Part shown: piece by piece, positions 25,773 through 38,325 of the stretch | Position numbering within the stretch: the first letter of the stretch is position 1 | Layout of the letters: every line of letters starts with the position of its first letter | NCBI GenBank assembly: GCA_030141605.1 | Contig: JAQGDQ010000541.1 | Location: 1 to 64,000 of the forward strand | Reading direction: 5' to 3' | Length of the DNA stretch: 64,000 nucleotides | Source: Tubiluchus corallicola | Lineage: Eukaryota > Animalia > Priapulida | Program-made: the position numbers and the translations under genes | The notes under the pieces: generated by a model | Database searches by the model: none | Told to the model about the DNA's origin: nothing | Seen by the model: the letters and a program-made list of their open reading frames with translations, nothing else

Positions 25773-28088
25773 TTTGTTACTGACTGGCCAATCAATAGTT
25801 AATTAATTATTATGAAGTTTGTGCCGCCGGACATGCATTCACATTTTCTCTTTTCTATTGTAAACCGTTACTTTGAATGGCTTTATTTAGAGCATTTGGC
25901 ATAAAAAATTATGTACTAATCGAATGTTCTCTGTATGTTTATTTTTCTTCTTAGTTTGTTACATTCTTTGGGGTAGGGTTTTACAGTGTGTGTATCTTAT
26001 TTTCTATCTGGAGTTGTATCTAGATTTTCTATCTTATCACCTACACATCTTGTTTTCATTTGAAGTTGTTCGTCTTTTACAAGTTGTAGATGTAGGCCTA
26101 AATATAAGTGTTAAAGTTAAAACGATGTAAATTCGGACAGCTTAACAAGAATGGCACGAGCCTGTTGCTTAGCTTCTCAGTTACCATATTGACTCAGAAC
26201 GGCCCAGATATATGGTAGATTTTGCTATGACAATGGTCATCAGTTTTTATAATAAAGTACACTACCTTTTCAGATTTTTATCGACTGATTTTAAAACGCT
26301 GCGCCAATAATGACTTAATTTCGGGTGAGAACGCGACACGCTTACATGTATGCAAAAACTAGTACAAGGCGCACCATCTACGAACCAGAAATCTAATCTA
26401 CATGTATCATATGAGCTACCTACACTGCCAGGGCTGTACTGCATACTACACTGCATACTTTCTAATTTAATACTTAAATCGAATTGTCATAACTGACAGT
26501 ATTGTACAGTGAAATTTATCATAAACTCTACTTACTTGATGTTTACAACTCAGCTAGTGGACATAGTTCATAGGAGTGCAGATGGTCACTTATGTGGGAA
26601 CTAACATAATGGTTAAAGCAATCATATCACATGTCACATTTGTTCTCCCCAATGCTATTATAAGAAGATGGATCATGAGATTTATAATAGCATTGGTTCT
26701 GCGCAATGTTGCGGAAAAAAGGGTGTTTTGCGGTCTAATAAGCAAAAACGACGCCGTCGCTTCGGAGCAACCTCAACCAACTGGAAAGTGTGGGCATGTA
26801 CAAGTTGTTGCATCGCTGGCTTCTTTATTAATATTACGCCATACTACTGGCTGTGGCTTCCCATTGTGCTGTAAGAACATCCATTCTTCTCTCAATTCTA
26901 TGAAAGCCATTTTTTGCGTTGATATTAAAAACTGCTATGTAAGGTAACATGAGGGTATGGCTTCTTTCATGTGTGTAATTCACCTGCTAAATCTTCTTTA
27001 TCCGTAATAAATCACATCAACCGGTTTTACTAAGTGGATGCGTTTCTCATTACTTGATTATAACGTCTTCACAAATAGATTATTTTAGAGGGAAGGATTC
27101 TTGTACCTCGCAGAGGAGAGGCGCATACGAATCAGCGACCTCTTAAACAGTGAAAGAATAACGTTCAATGTGGTAATCTTTTGGCAAGGCTTATAGGCTT
27201 AAGTTTGATTGGTCTGTATATATCGAATTAGATGATGATGACGACGATATAATGGTAATAAGATCAATGATGACAGTGTCTCTGAAGGCGGTGGTCCTGC
27301 CCTCCTGGTGGTAACGGTACAGGTCAGACCCTGGTAGCAGAGCTGTTGATGGGGAGGGGTCAGCATTGAACGTTCGAATTCAAATCGAATTCGAACGTGT
27401 TTTTTAATTCGTATTCGACTCGAACCTAAAACTGTGGATTCGAATAATTCACCATTTCAACTACATACGCTCTTTACAGTGTTGCGGGTTTGAGCTTCGC
27501 GCTGTTTTGGGTTCAAAGTTTCAATCACGCAAGGAAACAGACATGCGGCCTGTATGTTATTTCAAAGTCGTTTTAAAGCAAAACACCCCTGTAAATCAAA
27601 AATGTAATAATCTTATTTGCATAAAACTCTCAAATCCAACCTTCTGATTAGCTCAAATTTAAATACTTACCTATTTCACCTGTGTAAAATCTATAAATAT
27701 AAGTTCCGTATTCTGTTTCCTCGAGTTCAGTGGTTGCTGGAGTTTGAGCACCAAACCCGCCCTCCTAGGACTTGTCTCCCATCTGTTTCGGTGTCAATGT
27801 GAGGAAGTGGTGAACCCTCAAGGGTAGATTCATTTCTATGTTTTATGTCTAGCCAGCTGTTTGTTCTTTTCGGTTATAAAGATTCTTTCAAACTTTTTGT
27901 TTTTATTTTATATTTTTTTATTTTATTTTTTATTTTACAAAATTACTAAGTTAGTCAAGATTTTGGTCGGTCCTCATGCCGCTCTTTCAAAGCTGGTGAA
28001 TGACTCCCAGTCATTTGATTACTAATTTCGTCTCAGGATGACATTTTCGAACCGAGGCCTCTCGCCCACTGATAGATAACTCTGGTTC

Positions 28089-28241
28089 GAACCGTCCAGG
28101 GGTTATTACAATTGCCCTGGCGGCGAGAACCCGACAGGAGAACCGTCCAGGGGTTATTACAATGACCCTGGCGGCGAGAACCCGACAGGAGAACCGTCCA
28201 GGGGTTATTACAATGACCCTAGCGGCGAGAACCCGACAGCA
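28089..28241. repeat. 51-bp tandem repeat x3, each unit a hairpin
   Basis: Unit GAACCGTCCAGGGGTTATTACAATGACCCTGGCGGCGAGAACCCGACAGGA with an internal CCAGGG...CCCTGG inverted repeat. Confidence 0.95.
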
Positions 28242-29438
28242 GAACAATATATACGCCTTAATTTACCTAGCTGTCTGTGCGCAATTTTTAAATAAATTAT
28301 TAACGTTTTACTACAAGACAAAATCATGCAATACGCATGGTTTCTGCAACTGTATTTTTATTAATGATCCGAAAATCTTGTGAACTGAATTATCCTGTAA
28401 TTCTGTTTGATTCTGAAAGCCAAAAGTTCGATTCGTATCTGTTTGCTGATATGTAACACTCACCCCTAGTGTTGGGCTTTGAATTATGACTTTCCAATAA
28501 AACTGTTAATGAGCTAACAGGTGGTAGTGCATCTTTATTAACATTTCCTCTGTTGCTGTCGTGTAATGTATGCAAACAGCTTAGCACAGACTGTAAGGCC
28601 AATATATGAATTAGTCTTGCTAATATATGCCAGTGCGTTATGGGAAGGGACCCAGACTGGAACTGGATCTGGGCCAGAGCCATCGAACAACTGGGTAGTT
28701 CGCTAAATTTTGTCACCTGTTTTTAGTTAAACCTTTTCCGGAGGCAACGTTTAGTATGTTCCTCTAATGACAGTGATTATGATTGATTCGAATTAAACAG
28801 TACAGGTAATTAAAAATCACGAATCAAATTTTAGATCCACATTTCAAAAACAAAATCTCCACGCCCGTCTTACCATTTTCAGATGAAATCCACTAATACT
28901 GTTTACGTTTATCCCTCGCGTCATCTATAAATTTAATATTGGCGTGTTGCAGTTTTTTCTTGTTTGTTTAGCATTTAATGAGGCAGCGCAGATTTTAAGT
29001 TCGCACCAGATCGATAAAACGAATCTGAATCTCGGATTCAATGAGAGATGTAATGAGCTTGGGGTGGACTAGCCTTTGTTTGAACATCTGCGCTTGTGTC
29101 CACTCGCTTCACGGCTCAGTACACAAGAGCTAGCACGACGAAGCCCAATAACTTAGTCAACTACTATTGTCAATTAAACAGACGAGTAATAATATTGCCC
29201 GAATTGTGCTAAGACTCTTTATCAGCATCTGCTTGATTATGTCTGGTAATTGTGTGACGTTATCTGATACTACCAGCGCACGTCATTGAAATTAGAGTGT
29301 ATCTTTGAAACTTGAGAATTGTTTATGGTAGAAGATTCGTATGACTAACAGAAAAGACAAATGCTCGACGCGTGTCATAAAAATCGCAGTGCAAAACTGT
29401 CCACTTCATGGTCAAGCATGGCGAAATTTACTTTATAG

Positions 29439-29505
29439 CAGTGTTTCCCAAACTTTCCCAGTACGTGATCCCTTTCAGTAGTACCAAACCTACCATGACC
29501 TCCAC
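29439..29505 (+). mobile_element. hAT-Charlie-like terminal fragment
   Basis: Begins CAGTGTTTCCCAAACTTT, a typical Charlie-group TIR. No partner TIR was found. Confidence 0.45.
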
Positions 29506-29854
29506 CTTTACAAGCCTTCTCTATTCATTCTTAATATCGCAGATAATTATTTTACTAATTAAGATTCATCACAGCAGAGACAGCAATAACAAAAAATGTT
29601 TATTATTGTTTATTAAAAATTTATTATAAATATTATTGGCATATACATTATACTACAATTACATACATACAACAATACAACAACAAAATACAAAAAATAC
29701 AAAACAGAACTATTACATTATAGCTATGGAGCCAAAAGCTCACATAATAAATGACAAATATATATAATTTTAGTATAGATACAGTTAGCCATCATGAAAA
29801 AATAATAAATAATGTTATATTGCATATATAATATAATATAATGTAATGATGTAA

Positions 29855-29963
29855 TGTAGTGTAGTGCAGTGTAGCGTAGCGTAGCGTAGCATAGCATAGC
29901 ATAGCATAGCATAGCATAGCATAGCATAGCATAGCATAGCATAACATAACATAACATAACATA
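29855..29963. repeat. Compound pentanucleotide microsatellite (TAGTG/TAGCG/TAGCA/TAACA)n
   Basis: Read directly. Confidence 0.95.
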
Positions 29964-31024
29964 TGTTAATGGAAGGATGTATTTGACGGTTAATGTATGT
30001 GACAGAAACATACAGTTGGATCCTTCATTACCCCCAGAAAAAAGTTCACGACCCGTTTGGGGGTTATGACTTATTTTTAATATTATTAAGTAATTTATTT
30101 TTAACTTTCAGCAACTGACTGCAAATAATTCTCAGCGCATTGAAATGAATTTTTCCACAAAACTAGAACATCTAATGTTGGTTTTCCAACAAGCTGCCGG
30201 GTAGTTCGTACTGTTTTAAGCGATGCCAGATTTTCAAATGTCTGTACAGAATCAAATTGAATCATTTTCGTTCGTCAGTTCAATCTCTAACAATACATAC
30301 ATCATTACTCCTAAGGTAAAAACGGAAGATGTGGCTGTACTGCATTGAAATTTCTACATGAACGCATCGATTTTTGACTCACGTAGACGGAAGCTCGTTT
30401 TTCACGTTTTATGCAAAGTTTTGTGCTTTAAAAAGGATCAACTGCACAACAAAATGTTTTGCCGTTATGAACAATTTTATGCTTTTTTAGATGAGCACAG
30501 CGCATGCGTGGTTCCTTTTGGAGTAAGCCCTGAAGCCAGGCGAGACCCAGTGTGTGATCTTTTCAAATTTTAATTTCGTTCATCGTGCATCAGCCTACAG
30601 GCTGCAATGATTTTATTCATGTGAATGATCTAATTAGCCTGTATTGATGTAACGTTCTGTGTTTAACTATTGACCGCCGAGTGTATTAATAATGTAGAGC
30701 ACGCATAGTCACTAATAATACAAGCTGGCTCATTGAAGCACCTCATTTCACTTTTAAGTTACGCTGTTAAATTTCGTCGGTATATTTAGCTCAGTCATTG
30801 AACTTGCGAATCGCAATATTCATGTATTTATTCACTAAACTCTGAGAGTGTACCACAAAATTTTCCCTTTTGTTTCTTTTACTACTTTAAAAATTTCTCC
30901 AGCACACAAATACAAAAAACAGTACTACGGTGTTTCGGAAAAAAATCTACGCCTTATTCCTTTATACTACAGGTGCAAAACGTGCGCTTAGGGTAGATGA
31001 CATAAAGGGATAATGTCAATAGAA

Positions 31025-31409
31025 AAGTAAATAAATAAGTAAATGAATGAATGAATGAATGAGTGAATGAATAAATAAATAAATAAATGTGTGCATGAAT
31101 GTATAAAAAATACATGAACGAATAAATGAATGAATGAATGAACGAATGAATGAATGAATGAGTGAATGAATAAATAAATAAATAAATGGGTGCATGAATG
31201 TATAAAAAATACATGAACGAATAAATGAATGAATGAATGAATGAACGAATGAATAAATGAATGAATGGATGGATGGATGGATGGATGGATGGATGGATGG
31301 ATTGATGAATTAATGAATGAATGAATGAATGAATGAACGAACGAACGAACGAACGAACGAACGAACGATCGAACGAACGAACGAACGAACGAATGAATGA
31401 ATGAGCGAA

Positions 31410-31452
<43 letters not shown>

Positions 31453-31575
31453 ATGGGTGCATGAATGTATAAAAAAATACATGAACGAATGAATAAATGA
31501 ATGAATAAATGAATGAATGAACGAACGAACGAATGCATGAATGAGTGAATGAATGAACTATCGAATGAACGAATA
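31025..31575. repeat. Compound tetranucleotide microsatellite (AAAT/GAAT/GGAT/GAAC) with a higher-order unit
   Basis: Tetramer runs are interrupted three times by GTGCATGAATGTATAAAAAATACATGAACG (~31092, 31190, 31457). Confidence 0.95.
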
Positions 31576-32399
31576 TTAATTACAGATGTGAAACATGTTT
31601 GACTTCGACGTTTCAGCGTCGGCAGCCCCAGCAAAAAATAATTTATTTCAGTTAGAATCAGCTACTGTTTGACAAAATATCCAGTCGCCACTTTAAAAAT
31701 GGCGTTATTAGGAAGGCCTTTGTGATTACCATTTTTTTCATTTGCTCTTATTGTTGAGAAACTTGGATTTCTCTGCTGGTCATGATGTTTCTTGAGTTTC
31801 CACGACATCTTTCAATACCTCATCAGCTTGATTTGCATAATGATGGCGTCTGCAAAAGATATTGGACTGTTATATTGTGCAATTCGTGATTTATCACTAA
31901 CATCGTTTATAGAATTTCCATGTCGAAGCCATAAAATTGAACCATACAGCTTTTCTATCGCGGCGAGCAAGGTGAAATTCATAGACAGGTTTCACATGAA
32001 ATATGGCGCCGTAAATCTTGGGGTGGAAAAATTGTGAGGCATGTGCACACAATATCTTCATGCAAATTTAATTTAGGTGTGGCAGAAAATGTTATTTCGG
32101 GTTATAATATGGCGTCATGAACGTCTAAACTACGGCTTAACACGTTTAGCTTTATTTATCGTTACAAATGAAAATGTACTGAGTGGGAAACAATCGTAAC
32201 GTTGTCTACAAAAAAATGGCGTGCTGGATGATGACTCATGATCGTTATGATTTTTTACATAGTGCACAAGAAATTTTATTATACATTCTTTTTATGCATC
32301 AGACATCTTTAAGCTGGAATGTAGAGCTCACTGGCGGTATCTATTTCATGTGAAGGCTTGTAACGGGACCGAAATCTAACTCCTTATAAGGACCGTTTC

Positions 32400-33080
32400 T
32401 TAAAGGGCAAGAAAGGGGGTACTTCAAGTAGGCTTCGGAAAAATCGTTTTAAAAAATTACATTACTTTATAGCTATTTTATGCATATGTCGTACTCGCGT
32501 TAAAAGGAATTTTTGTTTGTTTTTATTTTAAATCTCCCGCAATAATGTTACGACGGGCGCCATTACATGACGTCACTTACGCAAACGTAAATCAGGAGAA
32601 GAAAAGGCAGTGTTAAATTTGTCCCAAAAAACTTTCCGTGTAAATCTATATTACAGTACTTAGCATTTCGTTTACCTGCTGGAAAAACTTATGTAACTAC
32701 AAATAATAATTTAAAATTTTCGTACCGATTGGTAAAAATGTCGCTGCCTCACCCTCCAGGGTGCGGCACTCACCAACTAAAAACGTATTTTTAATCTTAT
32801 TGACAAGATACAGTAATATAAAATTTTATTCAATAACATGTGCGCTACGAGTACTGATTATTTTTTCAAACTTCGCGCAATGTTAGTTAAACGTGCTTCA
32901 AACGGCCTACCTTTAAAATAGCTGCGCCCAACGGTCATCACGGGTGTTTAAATTTACATGTTTGATACAGCGTTACTGCCGACGCAAGCACTGCATGCAA
33001 AAAGACAGATGTAAGTGGAATAAAATTTCAAGAAGAATTTTCTAAGCTTTATCTAAGTGGAGGGTTTTCTTGTGCTTTAA
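32400..33080. mobile_element. Non-autonomous TTAA-flanked DNA transposon (Kolobok-like), copy 2
   Basis: Runs TTAA-AGGGCAAGAAA ... TTTCTTGTGCT-TTAA (imperfect TIR). Homologous to 17528-18059 with about 150 bp of extra internal sequence. Confidence 0.8.
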
Positions 33081-35522
33081 GTTAAAGTGAAACACTTAGC
33101 GATGAAGGTGTCTCAGCTACGTTTGAACTTGTCTCAATGAAAAACATATAGATGTAGACATGACTATTGTTTCATGCAGAAGCTCATTCAAACTATATTA
33201 AGATAAAGAAGCTGGCGTTGCACTATGGTTATTGATGAAGCACATGGGTTGCCATCTAGCGAAGTTACTTTGACAAACTAGCCACGTGTGTACCTTTAAC
33301 AGGACACCCGCACATAGTTTCGGCTTTCATACATAAAATCCTAAATGTTCACTGTATGTAGACCTTCACACTGTAATTATCTCTGACGAAAATGTGGCTT
33401 CCGGCTTGTTGAACAACTGACGAGCGATAAAAATAATCAGCTTATCAAATATTCTATCAAATATAATTTGTGGTGCGTCTATATATACGTCCACTGAAAC
33501 TCTAGGGGCAACCTTAATACAATACATTATTGATTTTATAAATATTGCATGCTGAACTCACACAGCTCTACTGCAGGCTTTGTTAAACATGTACAAAATG
33601 GATAAACTTAAAACATACAGTATTACAGTGACACTTTTCACGAGCAACTTCAAAACATAATTTCGAAACTGCATTTTTTTCGTTTGTTTATACAATTGTC
33701 CTCTTTTAGCAAATATGAAAATAATGCAAATGCTAATTAAGTTAAAATTATGTAAAAATCAAGATTAAACTACCACCGCATGTTCACTGTAAATTTTATG
33801 CTAGAAACTTTAACGAATATTGAGATAAAAAGATTGAATTCGTATTTTTTAGATATTCATCAGTTAGAACAGATATTGAATATCTAATTCCTAATGACAT
33901 TGTACATTAGGAATTAATCTGCGTTAAAAGAGACATTATATTGTAAAGTTATTACTAGCTTACTATTAGTAATTATTAATAATAATTAATTTTAATTATT
34001 TCTAATTATTACTAATTCTTTTTTATAAATTCTTTCATTATTGATCAGAGCTTTTTATTTTTGTATTTATTGTTGATCGAATAAATGATGATAATAATAT
34101 AAATTTAGTTTAAAGTAAAGCTATCATCAAGACAAGTGTCAGAGAGAAATACTCCGCGTATGTGTTGATAGTGTTGAAAACAAAAAGATGGCTACTAGGC
34201 CTACTCCCCAGTAGCTTTCCGTGGTTTTGACAGTAAACAGAAGTTTATTAATTTCCGTCCATTATTAAGCGCATTATTTACGTTGTTGGAGAACTTGTTA
34301 AATTTTTTCAGTAAGTTTTTCTTAAACCTTATCTGCATAAATACTACTGAACAAAATGAGTCTTAGGCTACACATATATTTGTTCATTAATTTTTGACAG
34401 TTCAGTAATATGAAGCTTCACGAGAAGTTTATAACAGCTCTGCTGCTTTAGTAATATAATAAAGTTTATAGAAATCAACAGACCAGTAGTTTTTAAATTA
34501 TACTGAAAATAATTATGCAGATAGTAACCAACTGAACTGAACTCCCCTCTCAGCCATTGGGTCGCATTTTTTAATTTTGAATGTAATGTAATATGTTTGT
34601 AAGCCTAAGATAATAATAATAATAATCTTTTATTTATCTTTTAACACACGCACAGTTATAATACAATTAATTTGGTAACAAAAATGTGAAGAAAGGGCAG
34701 CGAAAGACCAATTGGTCATCTAGTCAGCTGCCCTTTGGTTAGTGATGAACATTTTTATAGGCGCTATGCTACAGTGTATTAGTGTTAGTACTGCTTATAA
34801 TAAAAACTAAATTGTTACGAATGACATAAAATTGATATGCTTATAACGTGTTAGTACAATTCATACACAGTAATAATAAATGCATAATATAAAAAAATCA
34901 AACTGAAAATAACTGAAATAAAACTGAACTGAAGATAGCTTTGAAGTACTTAAGCAAGACCATTTATCAATGCTTCATCAGTAGCACGGGTTACCTGATT
35001 AATTGTAAAGGCTTGGCCTCTATACTCTCTTTACTTCCGAGAGATTTGCGTACACACAACAGCAGCCGCAATATGATTAGTTTTATCCGGCGCAATAGAA
35101 CCGGGGTCTTAGCTTAAACCATAATTATTAGCATCTCTCTATCATTACTCATCCGCTCATTTATACGCAACAGTGATTACGGCATTAATTAGAGCACGGC
35201 TGCTGCAAAATCAATAGACAGTAGAAAGAGTACAAAATTGAAGTTCAGTAGCGTATTGATGAGGTATAAATGCGCGTGGTAATTGAGATTGACCATACAA
35301 CTGCATGATTAATGGACAGGTAGATAAATAAATAGATAAGTGACTAAGTAGAAACCTAAGAAAAGAGTTTGGAAGACAACGTTACGACTCACACAGCCGA
35401 TTAGTTTTCAAATTTTTTCTTGAAACACTCTCTGCAAAAAGCATTTGTGTAGCTCTCTCTGAATGTCTTACTGTGGGGAGGGGGGGGGGGTCTATAATGG
35501 TTCATAAAATGACACCTGCCGG

Positions 35523-35688
35523 CGCGTTCAGACTGGTGCGTTTTCTGACCAAGCTAACTCGCCAAGTAACTCGTAAGTGTTAGAGAGTTTGCAATAACTT
35601 GCAGACAGTAACTTGCAGGGCAGTTCACACTTGCAAGCTTGCTGTCTGAGAGAGACCTCGCGACAAAAAACTCGCTAGTCTGAACGCG
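35523..35688. mobile_element. Small MITE (~166 bp), possibly PIF/Harbinger-like
   Basis: TIR CGCGTTCAGACT(G)G / C(T)AGTCTGAACGCG, with internal AACTCGC/ACTTGCA repeats. Confidence 0.6.
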
Positions 35689-36243
35689 AGGTTAGAAGCA
35701 GCAGTGAGAACTTCTAGAATGATTGCGCGGTTTTTCCGAGTTCTATTTCGTCGACTTCTAGCTCGGAAAATTGTCGGGCCATTTTTGTTACATCATTGTA
35801 AATCGGTAAAGAAACAACGTAGAATGAATATGCATTGTCTGCGTAAATATTCCACCCAGTTTCTTATTAATAATACCTGCTTTCAAATTAATCTTGATTT
35901 GCTAGTTAACTGCAAATAACCAAAAGAAATGCCCTAACTGATAAAGTACCAACATTAGATATAAATCGTATTATAAGCGAACGCAATACAGAAGTTTAAA
36001 AAGCATTTATCAATTTAGCAGTGGATGACTTGCAGGCATGTAACTTTTTAATGTAAAACTTTATAAATAATTTTGTCAAAATATGAAGGCCAAATTGTTA
36101 TACTAATATAGATATTGTTAGATCAATTGATAGATAAAGTTGTGATATTAACTTATATATGCATATTTAACTCCTGGTTAGATTGTATTTAATGTTAATT
36201 TAATGTTAAGTACTTTTGCCCTATAAATAAATAAAAGACTAAA

Positions 36244-36279
36244 TAAATAATAATAATAATAATAATAATAACAATAACA

Positions 36280-36329
<50 letters not shown>

Positions 36330-36339
36330 AATGATAATG

Positions 36340-36438
<99 letters not shown>

Positions 36439-36440
36439 GT
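36244..36440. repeat. (TAA)n/(TGA)n compound trinucleotide microsatellite
   Basis: Read directly. It produces the poly-M/poly-I artefact ORF. Confidence 0.97.
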
Positions 36441-37399
36441 AATGCCTTATATTTTGTTACTAATTATTTATAGCTGAATTTGTAACTAAATTAAAAATTG
36501 CGTGATGTGTTTTTTCCATTTGGAGAAAGAAATGCTTCAGTGGAAATGGGGCCTGGAAAAAATCGTATGACAGCCAGCACACGAACTTCATGCCTCGTGC
36601 TACAAGCAGGTATTCTAATGCTAACTGCACGGCGGAAAATGCGATAAACGGCTTCCTCCATTATAATCTCTTCGTAATAAAACAGAAAGCGATTAATATT
36701 CCTTGTTTTTTTTGTAAAAGATTGTATTGAAAATAAAATGATTGGTATCAATTATGCACTGCCGTTGTGCGTGCAATTAGTGAGGCGATTAACTTTATTA
36801 CTGTTTTTTACTGATAATTGCACGTATTATAGGCTAAACGTTGTAAATGAAAAAACCTATTAAAAACTGGAGTAACCATAAATTTTTCGCAACTCTGAAG
36901 GCGAGTTGGTAATGAATTAGAATATCGGAAGCCATTTAATCGTGGATTATTTTAAGCTCCAAAGTTATTACTTAAACGTGAATAAACTAAAGCTTGCGAA
37001 TGTTAGATGGTTGGAGCTATACTCGCCACAATCACTAGACGTATTTCTAATTTAAATGCCCTAAATCCAAGGGTAGTTTAGAAACTACGGGGCGTTTCCA
37101 AAGAAAAACTCCGATAGAAATAAGCTGAATTAATTATTTTAGTAAGAACGTTTATAAATATACATTATTTCATAAACGATGAGATTGGCAGGTTATGTTA
37201 GCTCTTAGGCCAGTCTATATTGTGAAGTGGTAAAATTATAATACATCAGTTCACTTTAGATAAAATTTATATTATTTCCATTAAAAATAGGGTAAAATAA
37301 AAAAAAATCAATAAATTATATACAAAATGTAAATTTATCAAAATTAGGAGAGATCAGTGAACTGGTGTAAAATGTTTCATAGAAATCTATTAAATTTGC

Positions 37400-37735
37400 A
37401 ATATTTTAACAAGAAAATTTCGACTAGCTTTCTACTAAAAACTGGTAAGCTAGATGAATTGACAATGTCATAACTGAGGTCATTCCATGTACTAAAAATT
37501 CTGTTTAAAAAAGCATATTTATACAAGTTCAATCTAGATTATTGATAAAAAATGTCCTCGCAAATGTTTGATGGGAGCAAAAGTGAAGAAATCTTCACAA
37601 TTTAAATCTACCAGTTTATCCACGATCTTATACACCAGAAAAAATAATGCGCCTCTCTTCGAGTGGCTGCAAAGTGAGATTCTGATCAAATCACAATGAG
37701 GTGGTAAGTTTTTTAGTAAGAGACTGCGCAACTAT
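37400..37735 (-). mobile_element. Decayed CR1-type LINE 3' end
   Basis: The minus strand gives KRGALFFLVYKIVDKLVDLNCEDFFTFAPIKHLRGH...NAFLNRIFSTWNDLSYDIVNSSSLPVFSRKL. This matches the CR1 C-terminal pattern R..DL...YKI......FF.....RGH...F..R....WN.L...V...S...FK..L. Confidence 0.8.
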
Positions 37736-38200
37736 TACTGCTGGAAGTTTACTACAGGCATAAACTTGAATCACGATGCATGTTTATTCTATCATTAATT
37801 GACAATTAAATTAAGATTATGAATAACTCCCAAATTAAGGTCGAATTTTTATAAACACGAACAGCTGTGCACTCAAAGTTATACCTTCAAAATAACTGAA
37901 ATGGACAAAAGCGGAAGCATTTAGGTAGCAGACGTTTTTACTTTTGGGGTCGCCTGTTTCCGTGTGGATGTCGCCAACAATTTTTAGCCAATCAATGTCA
38001 TTTAAGCGTTGCTTTCTGCGTGTGTGTTGATTGTACGATTTTCATTAATACTATGAACTGGCGACCTTTGAAAGCACTTTGTCTTTTAACTGATCCAAGT
38101 GCCATTCTAATTTAGATTTTTGTGAGAAAGTTTTTTCCCACATTTTATTAATAATTTTGTCCATAGGTCAGTGACAAGGAGGGAAAAGAGTCAGAGATAC

Positions 38201-38204
<4 letters not shown>

Positions 38205-38240
<36 letters not shown>

Positions 38241-38246
38241 GTGAGT

Positions 38247-38321
<75 letters not shown>
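38205..38321. repeat. (GA)n microsatellite
   Basis: Read directly. Confidence 0.97.

Positions 38322-38325
<4 letters not shown>

Noticed and set aside
30954-31634. 226-aa and 164-aa ORFs, and likewise the poly-M/I, poly-SL, poly-Y and poly-RE ORFs elsewhere
   Set aside because: Microsatellite translations.
31595-31635. Penelope-type hammerhead remnant (minus strand GCTGAAACGTCG)
   Set aside because: The upstream CTGANGA core is absent.
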